DNA of 46,597 nt from Octopus bimaculoides. Lineage: Eukaryota. Every line of letters begins with the position of its first letter. Positions within the stretch are counted from its first letter, which is position 1. The notes under the pieces were generated by a model. That model saw only the letters and a program-made list of their open reading frames with translations. It ran no database searches and was not told where the DNA came from. Location: NCBI RefSeq assembly GCF_001194135.2, contig NC_068994.1, forward strand, positions 30,771,281 through 30,817,877, read 5' to 3'. The position numbers and the translations under genes are program-made. Positions 1 through 10,480 of the stretch are shown here, piece after piece.

Positions 1-202
1 ATGTAACACTACAAAGTTCATACAAAGCTTTATACTTTAAATATATTTTATCATCAAAGAATGTATATATGCATTTTAATACTCAGACTGTTTTTTAACA
101 TTTTTTATTATTCTCAAAGACTTTTGATAATCTTTTTCTAAAAAAGTGAAACCGGTTAAGTAAATAAATATTTTTTAAAAATAAGTGCATTTTCAAACCT
201 TC

Positions 203-244
<42 letters not shown>

Positions 245-249
245 CTTTG

Positions 250-690
250 GCCTTTTGCTTGTTTCAGTCATTGGCATGTTGCCACACCTTGAAGGATTTA
301 ACTGAACAAATCGACCCCAGCACTTATTTTTAAATCCAGTACTTATCCTATCAGTTCCTTTTGCCAAACTGTTAGGTTATTGAGATTTAAACAAACCAGC
401 ACTAGTTGACAAAACCAACACAAATATGCATATGCATATGTATATACACACATACATACACACATACATACAAACATACACACAAATATACACATACATA
501 CGCAGATACACACACACATACATGCATACATGATGAACTTCTTTCAGTTACTATTTATCAAACTCACTCACAAGCTTTGGTCAGCTCAGAATAATTGTAG
601 AAGATACCAAAGAATACTGTACAATGTAACTGAGCCCAAGACCACATGGTTGTGAAGTAAGCTTCTTAACCACACAGTCATCCCTGCACC
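250..690 (-). mobile_element. Composite tRNA/CORE-like SINE with internal (CA/TA) microsatellite, decayed
   Basis: Same head and tail blocks as the copies at 23146-23488 and 41908-42200 (cttgtttcagtcatt...aaatcgaccccag; ctcactcacaagctttggtc). Confidence 0.75.
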
Positions 691-721
691 TATATGTGTG
701 TGTGTGTATTTGTGGGGGACA

Positions 722-2180
722 GTGATTCTTTTATACATTCTTCATTAAATACATGAGAGTGCTCAAGTTTTATCCTTTTTTAGATTTTTCATATTTCCTT
801 ATTAGTTTTGTACAGTTAGCTTGGAACAATAAAGTTCCTAAATTCATATTTGATATTTCTGAACCTTCACAGTCTCATTTCAAGAAGTGAATATATTTGG
901 CACTTGTGTTGTTCTTATATACTGGTGAAATTCATGTAGACCTGTCAAAGGAATTTTCACTATTGGGCTTCTACATCAGCAGTCACACATTGATTTGTTT
1001 GTTGCAAACAAATTTTTTAGTATTAGGTTTTATGTCAGTAGCCACATTTTTTTTTATACGAGTGCTGTTTACATGTTTATTTTGGCATTGTATGGCACTG
1101 ATTAATCCATGATTAATCTTGTATTTTTGTGAAGAATTTTATAGATTATTTTGTGGTGTATGGTACAATGTTTTGCAATAGCTTGTTGTTGTGAATGCAT
1201 AGTAATGTTATGAACAAGTGTCATACTAGTATGTCCAATTTGACAGCTGGAGTCCTGAAGTTTTCAACTTTCAGTTTTACATTGGTCATATGTAGTTTGT
1301 TCTCAAGTTCACATACTTGTGTGTTTTTGATAAGGGGTTTTGGTATATTATAGTATATTATTAGTTTATGTTTATGGTTAGGTGTAATAATTTTGTGATT
1401 TATATTCTACATTCATCTGTTCCATAGTTTTCATGTATTTGATTCATCTAATAAATTTTATGTATTTCTGTTAGATATATTCGCTAATGTTTTTGTTGTA
1501 TTTATGTCTGTATTCTTCTGTAGCTCAGTCTACTTGTCTGTTAAAGTATCCATTGTTAATTGATGTTTGTTTTATTTTGTGAGTTTGTTTCTGGAGTGCA
1601 TTGTTTGTAGGTAAGGATATAAATACTCTTCTGATGAGTGCTTATTCACTGTTTCCATGCAGCTAAATGCATTTGTTTGATTCTTTTGTGTATATCAATG
1701 TAATTTTGTTCTTCCAATTGGTATGTTTATGTCTAAAATTGCAGTTGTCATATGTATTATTCTGGATGTTAAATTTTATTACAGAGTTGTTTTTTAAGTT
1801 TTTAGTTTCTCAGCTTCTGTAAATGTATCCATTTCAACTCGTGTATCATCTATGAATATGGTGCATATAAGTATTGCAGCCTACGTTGTTTTGGGATGTC
1901 TCTGTATGTTTTCTATTTTGATATCTATTGTGCTATTGGGATTTTAATGAACAAACTTTCTAACTCTAAGGTGGAGATGGTACCTGTTGTAATGGTTTCT
2001 TCTAAAATCTGTAAAAATTCTTCAGATAACCTTATACTATATTTCTCTGGTGTACATCTTTTGATAATATTGTCTATTTATTTGGCGATTGAATATGTAG
2101 GTGTATTTATTTGGGCTATAATGTCTCTGAAGGGGTTGCTTTGTTTGTGTATTGTGTTTTTTCTCTCGATAAAAACTACA
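722..2180 (-). mobile_element. Penelope-like retroelement, degraded (RT, GIY-YIG and a tandem restart of the ORF N-terminus)
   Basis: Minus-strand translations give IHKQSNPFRDIIAQINTPTYSIAK and ISTLELESLFIKIP (PLE RT) and QIGHTSMTL...ITMHSQQQAIAKH (GIY-YIG-like). MNLGTLLFQ...HVFNEECIKESL at about 722-850 resembles a PLE ORF start, as expected for a pseudo-LTR/partial tandem. Many stops and frameshifts. Confidence 0.7.
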
Positions 2181-2284
2181 GCATCATTCTTGTCAATGGT
2201 GTATATGTGTTAGGTATGATACATAGATTGTTGTTTTAATGTAGTGATATTTCAAATGCATACACTAAGCATATATGTTTATAA

Positions 2285-4003
2285 GACCAAGGTCCTAGTA
2301 AGCAATAAACTGGACTGGATCCTTGCTCTTTCATGTAAATAACCCTGCTCAATATGTTGGAATGGTGTAAGCAGGAATTCCATTTGGTGTACCCAGTGCA
2401 ATCTAAGGGCACATAAGAGGTACAGTGAAATAATACAACGGTTAACAAAGAAAGTAATGTTTGGATGTGGAAGATGTACAGGAGCCATAAAGTCTATGGA
2501 TACATGGGAAATTGGTTTTCTGAAATACTCTGGAGGCTCTCTAGAGGTAGTGGATAATTTCTGGTATCTAGATAACCAGTAACCTAATTAGCAGTAGAGG
2601 AAGATATGCCGAAAGTGTAATTGCTGGAGTAAGAATAGGATGGAGAAAGTTCAGAGAACTTTTACAACTGTTGGTAACCAAAGGTTTCTTTCTCTTTCAC
2701 TGAGTGAAATGAAGATTGTATGAGGCATGTGTATGAAAAGCAATGCCTCATGGCAGCGAGATATGGGCTCTGAATGCAGAAGACTAAAAAGGAATGAAGC
2801 TCTCTATGTTCCACTGGATGTGCAATATTCGTGTATGTGTGCTACAGAGTGCAATGTAGTGAAGTGTAGTGAGAGAAAAGTTAAGCGTAAGAAGAATTAG
2901 ATTCAATGTGCAAGAGAGAAGACTACACTGGTTTGGTCATGTGATGTGTATAGATGAGGACAGTTGCATAAAGAAATGCTGATGACTTAAAGTGGATGGA
3001 ACTTGTGGAAAAGGAAGACTCAAAAAGACATGGGACAGAGTATTGAATGCCAATATCATGGCACTGAGCCTTATAAAGTAGATGACTGAAATATTTGGTA
3101 CCTTGCTGTACTCAAGAAGATGTGTCTACCACAGCAGAATTGGTATCTTAAAACCACTTTGGTGATGCTTGTCTGTGAGGGGGCTGTACCCAACTCCCAC
3201 CTTGAGAGCAGAATAAGAATAAGCACATACCACATCCTCCAGCTTTCTCAGTTTCCTTTTTTCTTCCACCTTAAACCACTTCCATTTTCCATTGTCTTCC
3301 CCTGCCTTCTGTCTCCACCAATCACCTCTTTTCTGTGCTCCTCCCTTCTGCTGGTCACCATTAACACCTTGCTTTGCTGCTATCACTCTCAATGCCCTCA
3401 CATACCTACTACAACTCCTGCCCCCAAGCAACTCCTATATTTCTCCCGAGCATTTGCTACAGTTACTTCACCCTGCCCACTCACCCAGTCCAAGCCTCGA
3501 CATCACTTCACCTATTCTCACCATACCCAACCCAATGTCCCAACATATCTTCACTATCATCTCTCTCAGTATCATTCTCTTTATCTTACTTCCTAACTCA
3601 CCCTCGATTCTTTTCCAACTGGGGTATCCATGTATCTATTCTACAGCATGACAATGTATCTCTATCTCCCTTTAATCTCTCAAATAGCGCAAAGTTACAC
3701 TCCCTCAGTATTACCCACCTCATCTCAGTTGAGGTTTTTTTTGTCTTGCAAGGTACTTGCTGACCCTGTTGGTGCCGGTGCCACGTAAAAACCACTGGTG
3801 CTGATGCCATGTAAAAAACACTGGTGCTGGTGCCATGTAAAAGGCACCCATTACTCTTTGTAAAGTGGTTGGTGTTAGGAAGGGCATCCAGTTGTAGAAA
3901 CCGAACCAAAACAGAACCCGGGGTGGCTTCTGGCCTTGCCAGTTCCTGTCAAACCATCCAACTTATGCCGTCATGGAAACCGAACATTAAATGATGATGA
4001 TGA
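2285..4003 (+). mobile_element. RTE-clade LINE 3' part with 3'UTR and (ATG)n tail, degraded
   Basis: Remnants KTKVLVS, PCSICWNGVSRNSIWCTQC, LEVVDNFWYL, RIGWRKFREL, RRLHWFGHV and GTCGKGR (to about 3120). A C/T-rich spacer and a GGAAGGGCATCCAG...ATGATGATG tail follow. Confidence 0.85.
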
Positions 4004-4202
4004 TCATCATCATCATATATAAGAGAAACCATGTGACAGGGGAGAAGCAGAAAGTAAGAAGTGTACCTATGTTCTACAGCTTAAGGGTCAGATGTGTGAG
4101 GTGTCCATGATTGTAAGACAGTGTGTCAAAGAGAATCAACATGTAGGTGAGGCATGTGTATGGATGTATAATGGTTCACTTACACTTAGTGATTTTGGAA
4201 AG

Positions 4203-6020
4203 AAAGAGAATAGTGGCATGACTATGAAAGGTTACTAAATGTGGAGAAAATGCAGATGGAGGGTCTTCCCTATGTGGAACCAACAGAGGGACCTGCTACC
4301 TTAGCATTAGACTAAATAATTAAAGGTATGAAGGCTAAAAAAAAATGCTTCTGGTCCATCAGGAATTACTATCAACACGCTTAAAGTATTTGGCACAGTA
4401 GGATATAGCCTTGTCACCCAAATAGTTAATCAGCTTGTACAGGAAGGTAACATGCCCAATGGTTGGCATAGCAACATTCAAGTCAACTGTTACATGGATA
4501 AAGGAAATGCCTCAGAAAGAAGTAATTACAGAGGTATCAAACTGCTGGACCAGATCATGAAAGTTATGAAAGAGTTATAGCCTCCAATTAATTAGGAAGA
4601 GAGTCCAAATGAGATGCAGTTTGGTTTGGTGCCAGAGAGTATTATTGATGTTTTCTTTGTAGTAAGATAACTGCAGAAGTATTTAGTTAAAAGTAAGCTT
4701 GAAGAAAAGCCTTCAACAAGGTTCTTCACTCTGTGATCTTGTTGTCTCTGAGGAAGCTATGGATTGATGATTGGTTTGTGAGAGTTGTACAAGTCATGTA
4801 TAGGGATGTTATTAATAAGGGGAGAGTTAACAATACGTGTAGGAAAGGAGTAGGTAGAAATGTGTTGTACCCTATGCAAGTTATGGGAACACAAAAGGAA
4901 TTACAAGAAGGTTAAAGGAGGAAGTAGACTTTGCTTGCGGTTGATGTATAGGGACAATAAACACTTAGAACACCTGGAAAATGGGTTCTCTCAAATGACC
5001 AGTATGTTCCCTAGTGGTAGTCGATAGTTTCTGTTACTTAGGTGACCCAATTAGCAGTGGAGGAGGAAGTTCTGAGAGTAAAGTTGCTGGAATAAGAATA
5101 GGATGGAGAGGGTTCAGAAAGTTATCATCTTTGTTGGAAACAAAAGATCTCTCCTTCAGACTGAAAAGCAGATTGTACAAATACTGTGTATGAACTGCAG
5201 TGCTACATAGTAGTGAGGTGTAGACCTTGAATGTTGATAAGAGAAGACCAGAAAGGAATGAAGCTTATATGCTCTGATGGTTGTGCAACATTAGTGTGCA
5301 TATGCATCAAAGTGCAAATGTGTTGAGAGAAATCTTGCACATAGGTGGAATCAGATGTGTTCTGGTGTGGTCCATGTATTGTGTATGGGTGATGATAGAT
5401 GTATAAAAAATGCTGGTCATTGAAGGTAGATGGAACTTGTGGAAGAGGGAGACCCAGGAAGATATGGGATGGAGTAGTAAAGGCTGATCTCAAGATGCTG
5501 AGCTTCACAGTGGAGATGATGAAAGACCAAGTTGATTTTTTCTTCTTTTTTTTTGCTGTGCTCAAGAAAACCCCTACATCATATTGAAAGTGAGGTCCTA
5601 AAATCATTATGTTTATGTCTATAAACTCACTGGGCATCGCCCCCAATCTGTCCCCATCAAACTTTCCCACCTCTCATCTTCCTAACACCTATCCCTCTAT
5701 CAGTTCTAACAATAGCATTTATTAACTGCTGAATTGAATTCAGCTTTACATATTTCATCCTCTTTGTGCTATTAGTGACCTCCCCCTCTCCTTGAATCAC
5801 TTCTTTTAACATTCATCACTCATTTCTCAATATCGTTACCTCACGTTTTACATTCCACTGGTATCCCTTTCTATACCTCCAGTTATCTCTTACTCTCTTC
5901 TGAGCTACAGCTTTGGACTGCTATATCTTATCTTTAACACCCTCTCACATCTCCTGACACTCTCAGCAGCCCTTTCATATGAACTATCATTCCCAACATC
6001 CTCTCTTCATACTGTCTGTA
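4203..6020 (+). mobile_element. RTE-clade LINE RT/C-terminal region plus C/T-rich 3'UTR, degraded
   Basis: Remnants GPSGIT, NYRGIKLLDQIMKV, EMQFGLVP, LRKLWIDDWFVRVVQVMYRD and LKVDGTCGRGRPRKIWDGVV. Coding part ends at about 5585. Confidence 0.85.
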
Positions 6021-6059
6021 TTCGTGTTTAATTTATCAAGCTCTTTTTTTTTTTTTCAG

Positions 6060-6123
6060 CTAGTTCTGTATGAAGGGACCAGATGACAACCATTAACCTC
6101 CTGATGCCTATAACACTGTAGTT
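6060..6123 (+). promoter_or_regulatory. 5'UTR part of the first coding exon with two short upstream ORFs
   Basis: uORF 6070-6096 (ATG...TAA, in frame with the main ORF). uORF 6083-6121 (ATG...TAG) ends 2 nt before the main ATG. The acceptor at 6059 implies a further upstream non-coding exon. Confidence 0.5.
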
Positions 6124-6274
6124 ATGCCTCGCCGAAAATCAGCAGAAAGCCTAAAGAAGCAATGCCTTCACAGCATTGCTTTTAACATGGACAAGATGTT
6201 GAGCTCGGATTTCTATTCTAGTTTCCCAGTGGGTCCACGTCTCTACTATGTTATCGGACCATTTAGCTGCCTCA
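6124..6274 (+). CDS. LRR protein gene, first coding exon (MPRRKSAESLKKQCLHSIAFN...YVIGPFSCL)
   Basis: Poly-T tract plus CAG acceptor at 6057-6059, ATG at 6124 and a consensus donor A|GTAAGT at 6274/6275. It ends in phase 1, matching the next exon. Confidence 0.85.
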
Positions 6275-6479
6275 GTAAGTATTTTGATATTTTCAGTATT
6301 ACACCTAAATTTCTCAGCACAGAAATCCTTTATTAACCTTCTCGTATTTTGTATAGCTTTGTCCTTCGCTGCATTTTGATCAGGCCATTCTCTTTTTGTC
6401 TCAAAGTGTGTGTGTGTGTGTGTGTGTATACTCACACACACTGTATTATTCTGCAACTCACCATCCCTTTATACTGCCA

Positions 6480-7010
6480 GTCATCACTTTCTCTCCTCTG
6501 TGCCACATCTACTGACAGTCATCCCTCATTCTTACCATCTTCCAAAATCCCCCAACACTTACCCTTCCTGATCTTCTAACCCCTCATACTCTCCTATTTA
6601 CTTTTGTGATTCTTGATGGTACACTATTACACCACCACACCTCATTTACTACCACCTCCCTTATATAATTTCAGTTAGCCATGTGTCTCCTTTACAACAA
6701 CAAACCTGTTTCTGCCTTCTATCATACTTTTCTCAACACTTCACATAAAGCTGCCACCCTCCTTACTTTCCTTTCTCTCAGTTGATGGTCTTGCAGATTA
6801 CATGGTGACTTCACCTGTGCTGGTGCCATAAAGAAAAGCACCCTGTACATTCTGTAAAGTAGTTGGCATTAGGAAAGGCTCCTGATGACAGAAATCATGC
6901 CAAAACTGAAACATTGGAGCAAGACATGGTCCTCTGACCTATAGGATCCTCTTAAACTGTCCTACCTGCGCAGGCATGGAAAGTAGACGTGATATGATGA
7001 TGATAGTGAT
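6480..7010 (+). mobile_element. RTE 3'UTR-type fragment: C/T-rich spacer plus conserved tail ending (ATG)n
   Basis: AAAGCACCC...GTAAAGTAGTTGGCATTAGGAA...CATGGAAAGTAGACGTGATATGATGATG. Confidence 0.6.
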
Positions 7011-7680
7011 GAGAATATAGGGTGCAGGCATAACTGTATGGTTAAGAATTTCTCTGAATCTGCTATTTCTAGCACATCAAGCTCCATATAAAAGCTTCCT
7101 TAACTAGAGGTAATCTGGAGTTTTGAATCAGTGACAAATCCACTGTATTTAAATATCTAATGTCCATGAGAAGACATGAATGTTACTACACAACACTTCC
7201 TCGCCAACTACTTACTCAAAATTTGATTTCATTCACCTCTTTCTGCTCACAAAGTGATTGTAAAGACATTCTTTATATTTGTTTCATGTATATTGCAATA
7301 GCTAAATCTTGAACTAATTATATACTGTATTGTAAAAAGATGCCATAACTTAAATCTGTACTAATTACAGTATGCTGTATTACACACCACACTGATGGCT
7401 AAAATGCACACTAATTATTAGATTATAATAATCTAATTGTTTAACATCTGTTTTACTATCCCGGCATTGATTTGACTAGGAATTATTTTTATGATTGGAT
7501 GCAGTTTCTGTTGCCAACCCTTACCTGTTTTACTCATTTAAGGAATTTTTTTTTACTCCAGAGCTCTTTAAAAACTGGTCATAACATTGACAATCACCAC
7601 TGTGAGGAGCTTGAAATATTAGCATTCATACGCATACTTATATATGTGTGCGCACACACACACACACAACAACAACAGTG

Positions 7681-7805
7681 GGCCTCCTGCAGTTTCCTTC
7701 TCCCAAAATTCACTCACTTAGCCAAGCTACTATACACTAGGAGTGAACCTCAAGCCACATGGTTGTGAAATGAACCTCTTAACCTCACAGCCATGCCTGC
7801 TCCTG
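7681..7805 (-). mobile_element. CORE-like SINE head, decayed
   Basis: ccacatggttgtgaaatgaacctcttaacc...cagccatgcctgc, matching the copies at 640-690 and 19000-19058. Confidence 0.6.
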
Positions 7806-8155
7806 TACTATATTACACATTTATATTGTACATAAAACAAAACTCCGATACTAACGCTGTACCATGGTTTTTGATCAAGAGAAGGTAACTCAAGCAATTC
7901 AAAATGTATTAAAGTCAACTTTATTTATCTGCAGGGTTCTAGAAATATTTGAGTTGGTGACTGAACAAGTAGTAACACCTGAATTTAGGTGGGACAGACC
8001 TTTAGTTCTAGTCAGAACATCCTTCTCAGAGATGGAAAACCCCAAATTCATTATCTCCAACTAAGGGCTGAGTAGTCACACTGACTTTTGAAGGTTTTTG
8101 ATAGCAGATGGATAAAGGAAACATTCTTAAGGTGTCATATAAAAAAGTATTGGTG

Positions 8156-8380
8156 TGGGTACTGGTGCTGCACACAAATCACTTGTGCTGGTGTCATGTA
8201 AAAAGCACCCAATACACTCTGCTAAGTGGTTGGCATTACGAAGGGCATCCAGCTGTAGAAACTGAGCCAAAACAGACTATGGAACCTGGTGTGGCTCCTG
8301 GCCGTACCAGTTTCTGTCAAGCCGTCAAACCCATACCAACATGGAAAGCAGATGTTAAATGTTGATGATGATTGATGATG
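8156..8380 (+). mobile_element. RTE-tail/V-domain-like repeat ending in (ATG)n
   Basis: GTAAAAAGCACCC...GGTTGGCATTACGAAGGGCATCCAGCTGTAGAAAC...CATGGAAAGCAGATGTTAAATG. Confidence 0.8.
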
Positions 8381-8754
8381 AGCACTATGATAGTTTCCTG
8401 TCAAATTCTGCACAATCTCCAGTAACTCCAGTCTCTAGTCTCTTCTCCAGTCATCCTGAGTCGGATATGAGACATTTTGACACAATTGTTTTGGTATCAC
8501 TGATTTGACACTGGCATATTTGACATCAGTTGTTTTAATGTTTCTTTCATTTTAATGATAATCTTGTTCTCCCTCCCTCCCTTTGTTTGTCTATGTGTCT
8601 GTCTATTGCTCTCTCTTTCTCTGTTTATATGTGTGAGCATATTTCTCTTCATGTATATGAAAAGAGGAAAATTGCTTATGCCAATTGTGTTCAGTTAATA
8701 AATTATAATCTCTCTCTCTCTCTCTCTTTCTGTCTATGTGTATATTTCTGCACA

Positions 8755-8792
<38 letters not shown>

Positions 8793-8897
8793 TTGACTGT
8801 CCATTCAGTTGTACCAAATCAATGTCCAAACAGCCATGCCCAATCATTTCATTCTTTCCTGAGCATGTCTTGCTGCTGCATTCAAATGATTCTAGAT

Positions 8898-9142
8898 CAG
8901 TGGTTCTCTACTTGAGGTTCATATGACCCTTGAGAGTCCATATCAGATTTTGTAGTTAAGGTTTATGTGCAATAAACTGGTTATTCTTTTGCAATACACA
9001 AAAAATGTTTTAACAATTCTTTTATACAATTCTTAATGATATTTAATTAAAGAAATATGAGATTTTTTAAGCATTGAATGGTTATAAGAGCCCACCTGCG
9101 TAAAATAGGGATCTATAGGTAAAAATGGCTTCACAACCACTG
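8898..9142. mobile_element. hAT (Charlie-type) MITE
   Basis: Termini CAGTGGTTCTC...ACAACCACTG. Perfect 8-bp TSD TTCTAGAT at 8890-8897 and 9143-9150, matching the NTCTAGAN Charlie target preference. Confidence 0.85.
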
Positions 9143-9194
9143 TTCTAGATTAATATGGATTATGTTTTGCAAGTTTTCTCCAATCCAGTATAAC

Positions 9195-9520
9195 TACCAC
9201 CACCACCACCACTACCACTACCATCATCTTACTCTTAATACCACCCTTGTGCCACACCCTTCATATCACCATCACTACACTTTTTAATACTACAACCACT
9301 ACTTACATCATGTCACCACAACCACACCACTATCACCATCACAACTAATACCTCCACCATAACCACAACCACCATCACATTACCATCACCACTGTCACCA
9401 TCACACCCACAACCACCACCACAATTACCATCACTGCCATTCGCCTTCCCTCCACCATCATCACTATCACCACTATCATCACTACCACCATTACTACTAC
9501 TACTACTACCACTAGCATCA
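9195..9520. repeat. Degenerate (ACC/ACT/ATC)n trinucleotide low-complexity tract just upstream of exon 2
   Basis: Visible directly in the sequence. Confidence 0.85.
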
Positions 9521-9553
9521 CTAACCCTTCTGTGTTTCTGTCCCCTGTTACAG

Positions 9554-9723
9554 CCACTGAGATGACACAAGACCTGATCAACATTCTATCGGAGCAACGA
9601 CTGCTGAAACGACATCATCTGCAAGTATTGATCTGCACTCACCTGAAACAGCTGCAGTTAGATGTGTGTGGTTCGATAGCCAATCATGACAGTGTTGCAC
9701 GTATGGTTGGTGTTAGGTGCCAG
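9554..9723 (+). CDS. LRR protein gene, coding exon 2 (TEMTQDLINILSEQRLLKRHHLQVL...RMVGVRCQ)
   Basis: Acceptor tttctgtcccctgttacAG (9552-9553) and donor CAG|GTAAGT at 9723/9724. 170 nt, phase 1 to phase 0, bridging exons 1 and 3 exactly. LxxLxL pattern followed by RC. Confidence 0.9.
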
Positions 9724-9742
9724 GTAAGTCACAGCGATGGCA

Positions 9743-9829
9743 CATCATCATCATCATTTAACATCTGCTTTCCATGCTGGCATGGGTTGGACGGTTTGAC
9801 TGAAGGCTGGCGAGCCAGAAGGCTGCACC
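9743..9829 (-). mobile_element. RTE-tail repeat 3' end, antisense, about 19 nt downstream of the exon 2 donor
   Basis: CATCATCATCATCATTTAACATCTGCTTTCCATGCTGGCATGGGTTGGACGGTTTGAC. Confidence 0.8.
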
Positions 9830-10174
9830 TCCTCTTACTAGTGTTTGTGTTCTATTTTTAAAAATTTAATTCCTGTTTTCCTACCTCTTCTGTATTTCAC
9901 ACATCACACCTCCACTCACCCAATGCACATCTAGCCATCACATGTTAAAAAAGTCCACCAATTTTCTTTCCACTTCCGAGCAGTTATTGCAGCGCACTCA
10001 CACATCAGTGAAGAAAGCAGAACACTTTTACAGACTTCAAAAATTCTCAGTAGAACTAGTTCCAGCTTGAAATAGAATCAAGATTTACAGAATTCCACAA
10101 TATTGCCATAATCACCATCATAGACACTGCAGTAAATACATTCAACGACACCACGCCTCATAGACATTATGGTG

Positions 10175-10404
10175 CAGTGGTTCTCAAACTAGGGTCAATA
10201 TGACCCTTGGGGGTCCATATAAGATTTTGTCCTTTAAATTTATCTACAGTAAATTGGTTATACAAAATATTTTTACAATTTTTTTTGTACGATTCCTAAA
10301 TATATTATGATGTTTTCAACATCGAATGGTTATGGGGGTACATTCAAGTAAAATAGGTATCAAAGGGGGTCCATAGGTGAAAAAAAAGGGGTTGAGAGCC
10401 ACTG
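10175..10404. mobile_element. hAT (Charlie-type) MITE, same family as 8898-9142
   Basis: TIRs CAGTGGTTCTCAAA / GTTGAGAGCCACTG and shared internal blocks (ATATGACCCTTG, TGAATGGTTAT). Flanks TTATGGTG / TTACAGTG match at 6 of 8 positions as a TSD. Confidence 0.8.
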
Positions 10405-10480
10405 TTACAGTGCAATATATTCAGCAACATCACAATCACCACTACAGACACCATAGCACATATATTCAAGAAATCAGGAT

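Noticed and set aside
1000-1260. Apparent gag-like CCHC zinc knuckle on the minus strand
   Set aside because: The IGHTSMTL...ITMH context and the adjacent PLE RT motifs fit a GIY-YIG endonuclease better.
1631-1650. CTGATGA-GTG..CAC hammerhead-like start
   Set aside because: No GAAA follows the stem, and it lies within Penelope RT coding sequence on the opposite strand.
3120-3763. Three overlapping 119-158 aa ORFs
   Set aside because: They arise from a stop-poor C/T-rich LINE 3'UTR and have no protein-like composition.
3770-3847. Short spaced repeats resembling a CRISPR array
   Set aside because: These are contiguous 26-bp tandem units with no unique spacers, in eukaryotic retroelement context, with no cas genes.
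7864-8064. ORF considered as exon 2 of the LRR gene
   Set aside because: The acceptor at 7934 gives an immediate TAG in the required phase; 9554-9723 fits perfectly instead.
9313-9584. Gly/Ser/Asp-rich and Val-rich ORFs; likewise 40198-40518
   Set aside because: Translations of trinucleotide low-complexity tracts.
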